Assembly: GCA_030704615.1 (NCBI GenBank)
Contig: CM060734.1
Coordinates: 25,792,001 to 25,856,000, forward strand
Source: Takakia lepidozioides
Taxonomy: Eukaryota > Plantae > Bryophyta
Direction of reading: 5' to 3'
DNA: 64,000 nt
This document shows, in pieces, positions 60,511 to 64,000 of the stretch (its first letter is position 1; every line of letters begins with the position of its first letter). A program made the position numbers and the translations under genes. Below the pieces are notes generated by a model. It did no database searches. It was not told the origin of the DNA and saw nothing but the letters and a program-made list of their open reading frames with translations.

Positions 60511-63500
60511 TGTAGTGTGAATGCAGGGGGTAAAAATTCAAGTTTTTGTTTGGCATCAGGTTTCGGCACTACTACAAAGGGAGTGCCCTTCGTGCTAATG
60601 AAGGGGAGGAATTGTCCATAACTTGAGGTAATTCCATGGAAAGACTATGCTTTTGATCTGCCAAGAACAAAATATGGCTAAGTTATGACATGCACCTTTT
60701 TCATCCCTAGGATGAATGATTTTCATCCATGATGTTGAACCCTAGAAGCAGGATGTGAAATTCGAAGGGGAAGAGTGCGTGCATCTTTTCGCAGCTGCTG
60801 CAGTGGTGCTGGCAGCACAGGATATCTGAGAAAGTTCCACCTACGCAAAGGGTATCAGCTTGCTTTAAAGAGAAACGTTAAGAGCTCCTGCTTGGCTTTC
60901 TGTGCAAGAAGAAGCGGTGCCGCCTTCTTCGTAAGCAATGATCAAACCTGAGGGATCAGGTTTGTGATAAGGGCGGTGCACCACTGCTGTCGCCATTGTC
61001 TTGATGAGCACATTAATGAGGAGATGGAGCGGCTCAGCAGGTGTTGGGGGATGAGAAGTGCAGGCTGGTGTGTATAGCACCTCAGGTTGTCTGTGATCAA
61101 ATCTTGTAGCTGCTGTCTGTTTTTGAGCTTTAGGACCAGATCACTTTGTTTGGGAAGAGTGTAAGCATCTTTTCGCAGCTGCTGCAGTGGTGTTGGCAGT
61201 ACAGCATATCTTAGGAAGTTCCACCTACGCAAAGGGAATCAGCTTGCCTTAAAGAGCGACGTTAAGGGATCTGGCTTGGCATTCTGTGCAAAAGGAAGCG
61301 GTGCCGCCTTCTGGTGTGTATGGCGCTTAAGCTATCTATAATTAGGTTTTGTATCTGCTCTCTGTCTTAAGGGCTGTAGGACCAGATCACTTCATAGGGA
61401 AGAAATGCACATGTAGAAGGATAGGGTAGAGGTTGGCAGGCACAAGGATGTGCCAGCAGCTGAAGCAGAGCCGTCATGCCTTAATGAGGACTGGAATCAC
61501 GATAAGAAGAAACGTCGGAAATGGCTGACGAGGGAGATGACAAGGTGCCTTCTTGACAGGCAGACCCACCGCTTCAATGAGTATAAGACAGATAAGTTCG
61601 AAGAGTGTTGGCTTCCTTTTTGGCACTTAGGAATGACTTTGTGAAGTTTTTGGAACTGTCTCTTGTATCTACTGAAGGGGACAGAAATGTGAGGAGTAGA
61701 AAAGGCCTTTGAAAAATGGAATGAAGACACTGGAATTCAAACCAGGATAGGGTGGAGATGGATGCACCTGTTGTTACACTGTTATTAGGAAAATGAGAGG
61801 GGACAGGGATATCTCACCTCAGGGTCAGAATGGTTGCTGTTCTTGTGTTCCTTTTCTTTGTTTTCAGTGTTTTCAGCCAGCAAAACAATGCAGCCTTGGA
61901 TGTTAAAACAGTGGAGCCAGTGTAGAACTAGCTTAGTGGAATGAGGAAAACAAGGATGGTCATTAAGAAACTGATTTGAAGAGCTGAGAAGGGATGACGT
62001 GGATGGGGAAGAAAAGTCAATACTGTTTTGGGGTTTGGATCTGATTTCTAGAAGTGTTCCCTACATGTGAATGACTGATGTTCGAAGTTGAGGAGAAAAG
62101 GAGAGCTGTCAGGGTGTGTGAATTGAGATCTGTAGAAGGGTTGTGAAGCACCTTGACCAAACAGGATACACTTGGGGAAAGGTAGTGCAAGGACCAGTCA
62201 CTGGAAAGAGAGAGAGAAAAAGACTGACAGAGGGGCAGATTATCTCTCGTGTGACCAAGGTTGACTTCAATGATGGATGCACTGGATGCCTGGCTGGATG
62301 TGCATTGCATTGCATCGTAGCCATGCTGTTGTGGAGAAAAGTGAGGAATCCACACATGAAAGAAAAAGAGTGTGAGAGAAAGAAAAAGTGAAGAAGGGAG
62401 AAAGGGTTGATGAGGGATGGACAAATGGAGAGCCAAGGTCAAGAAGACATGAACCCTGAATGATCAAACTAGTGGGCCTGCAGTTCATGGCAGATCTGAG
62501 CTGCCCATCCACCTAGACCGTGATCTCATTACAAAAGGGGGCTTCCGACGTGTTGCTGACCAAGGGAACTGCCCACAAGGGCAGGGTTTCATCACTGACA
62601 TAGGGCTGATTGCATCACTAAATACATCGCACCAGCATAGCTGGTGCTGTACCTGCAGGTAGGGGATGTTGTGTAAAAGGTAGAACCAAGAGTGAACAAC
62701 AAATTGACTCCCCATCCATGTCTTCTCTTCCGCTGCGGCGTGGATGAGGATTGCTTGAACTCTGATCACGAAGGACCTGAGGGAAACCCACAGCCAAGTG
62801 ACGACAGTTGGACAGACTAGAAGAACGTTTCTTTCTTTTGCTCCGCTTAGAATGGAGGGGAGCACAATTAGAATTATACAGAAGGGGATTCACGCCCCTT
62901 CTTTTGGTATCAGAGCTGATGTTAAATCTTGATTTCTACTAGCTAGGGATCTTGACTGGTATTGGATGGTTTGATGGCAGGAAGAGACCACACACTGATT
63001 CCTGATGAACCAAGCATTGGAGATGTGCTGATTTGCTTCAGCAGACGCACACCAAATGCACACGCAAACCCTTGTTTGTACTTCTTCAACCCTACTTGGA
63101 GAATAGCGAATGGTGATTTATGTCTTAGAGTGATACATACTGGTGGAAGAACAACCATAGCACTTTGGATAAGAGAGTTAGGAAGGTGGGTGAAGATAAA
63201 TACCATGGCACGAGAGGTGACATGGGGAGGTAGAGTAGAGATGTTGCGAAATGGACAGTGGGAGTGGTATAGAGGTCAACATTAAGGGAGTTGCGGGAAA
63301 ATTAGAGTCAAAATTAGGTGTTGAAACAGTTTGAACTTTGACTAGAGAATAGAAGGATGACCAGTCCAACCAGCATAGATGCGCCTTATCATGGTAGGAA
63401 TAGTGAGGATGTAAATGACTGGCTGGAGAGAATTCAGATGGAGGCAGATGTCAGGGATTTGAATGAGGACAAAACTTTCAAGGTAGCAAGGCTCAACCTG

Positions 63501-64000
63501 AGAGCCAAGGCTGATGAATGGTACCGTAAACAAAACCCTAGACCAAACAACTAGGTGGACTTCAGGGCAGCAATTTCAGCCAAGTTTGGTATCGTTGACT
63601 TGGCAGAAATTAGGCTAAGAATGGATACCATTAAACAGGAGAGTAGACAAAGGGTTCAAACATACTTCGATAGGTTGAACCGGTTATTTATAAGAAGTGG
63701 GGCGTCTGATTTGGAACAGAGGCGTAGATTTGCAGCAGGTTTGAGACCAGAAATAGCAAGAGTAATGCTGGGCAGGCGCTTCCTTGATGTAGAGGAAGCA
63801 CTTGACACAACCATTGAGATTGAAAGGGGCCTGGGAAAGTTAGGGGAAATACCTCTAGAGCCATTGGAAGGAGATGATACAGATGAGTCAGTTGTGTTTG
63901 TTAACCCTGGACAGAAGACTTGATCAGCTGAACACTACCCTACAGAAGTACTTTGATAGGGGACCAGTCATAGGAGAAAGCTCGGGATCTAGAACACCAC
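60511..64000 (+). mobile_element. Family C-related element, 5' part: diverged LTR 60511-~62902, tRNA-Met PBS ~62903-62915, short ORF, gag
   Basis: Starts TGTAGTGTGAATGCAGGGG, patchy homology to the C solo LTRs throughout, then TGGTATCAGAGC and gag. Confidence 0.85.
63357..64000 (+). pseudogene. gag: gag of the family C element (in-frame stops)
   Basis: YHGRNSEDVNDWLER...LRAKADEWY...IKQESRQRVQTYFDRL...FAAGLRPEI capsid pattern. Confidence 0.85.

Overview
This is eukaryotic, almost certainly non-seed land-plant DNA (bryophyte, lycophyte or fern type; inferred from a PLS/DYW PPR remnant and the transposon families present). It is a nested transposon graveyard with no intact host gene. It holds four LTR-retrotransposon families, given working labels here. 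Family A is a non-chromovirus Ty3/Gypsy (5 pieces, ~1 kb LTR, tRNA-Arg PBS) with an extra ORF before gag and a ~1170-aa extra ORF after integrase. Family B is a relative of A. Family C has a 2.6-kb LTR, a 4-bp TSD and a tRNA-Met PBS. Family E has a ~720-bp LTR, a tRNA-Met PBS and is chromovirus-like. Also present: a hAT fragment, an L1 LINE 3' fragment, a PPR-DYW pseudogene with an ALMT gene fragment inside its DYW domain, and Mutator-like (MULE) elements. The strongest candidate for an undescribed system is the MULE at 22358-31320. It has a DDE/SWIM transposase and a divergently oriented, intron-containing gene with a ParB/Srx-type DGNHR motif, separated by 11 copies of the palindrome GGAAATTCGGCGCCGAATTTCC on a 96-bp period. 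A related MULE fragment (34098-36255) carries an array of a different palindrome. The second candidate is the conserved pre-gag ORF of families A and B, which has an F-box-like motif. All domain calls are by eye; no searches were run.
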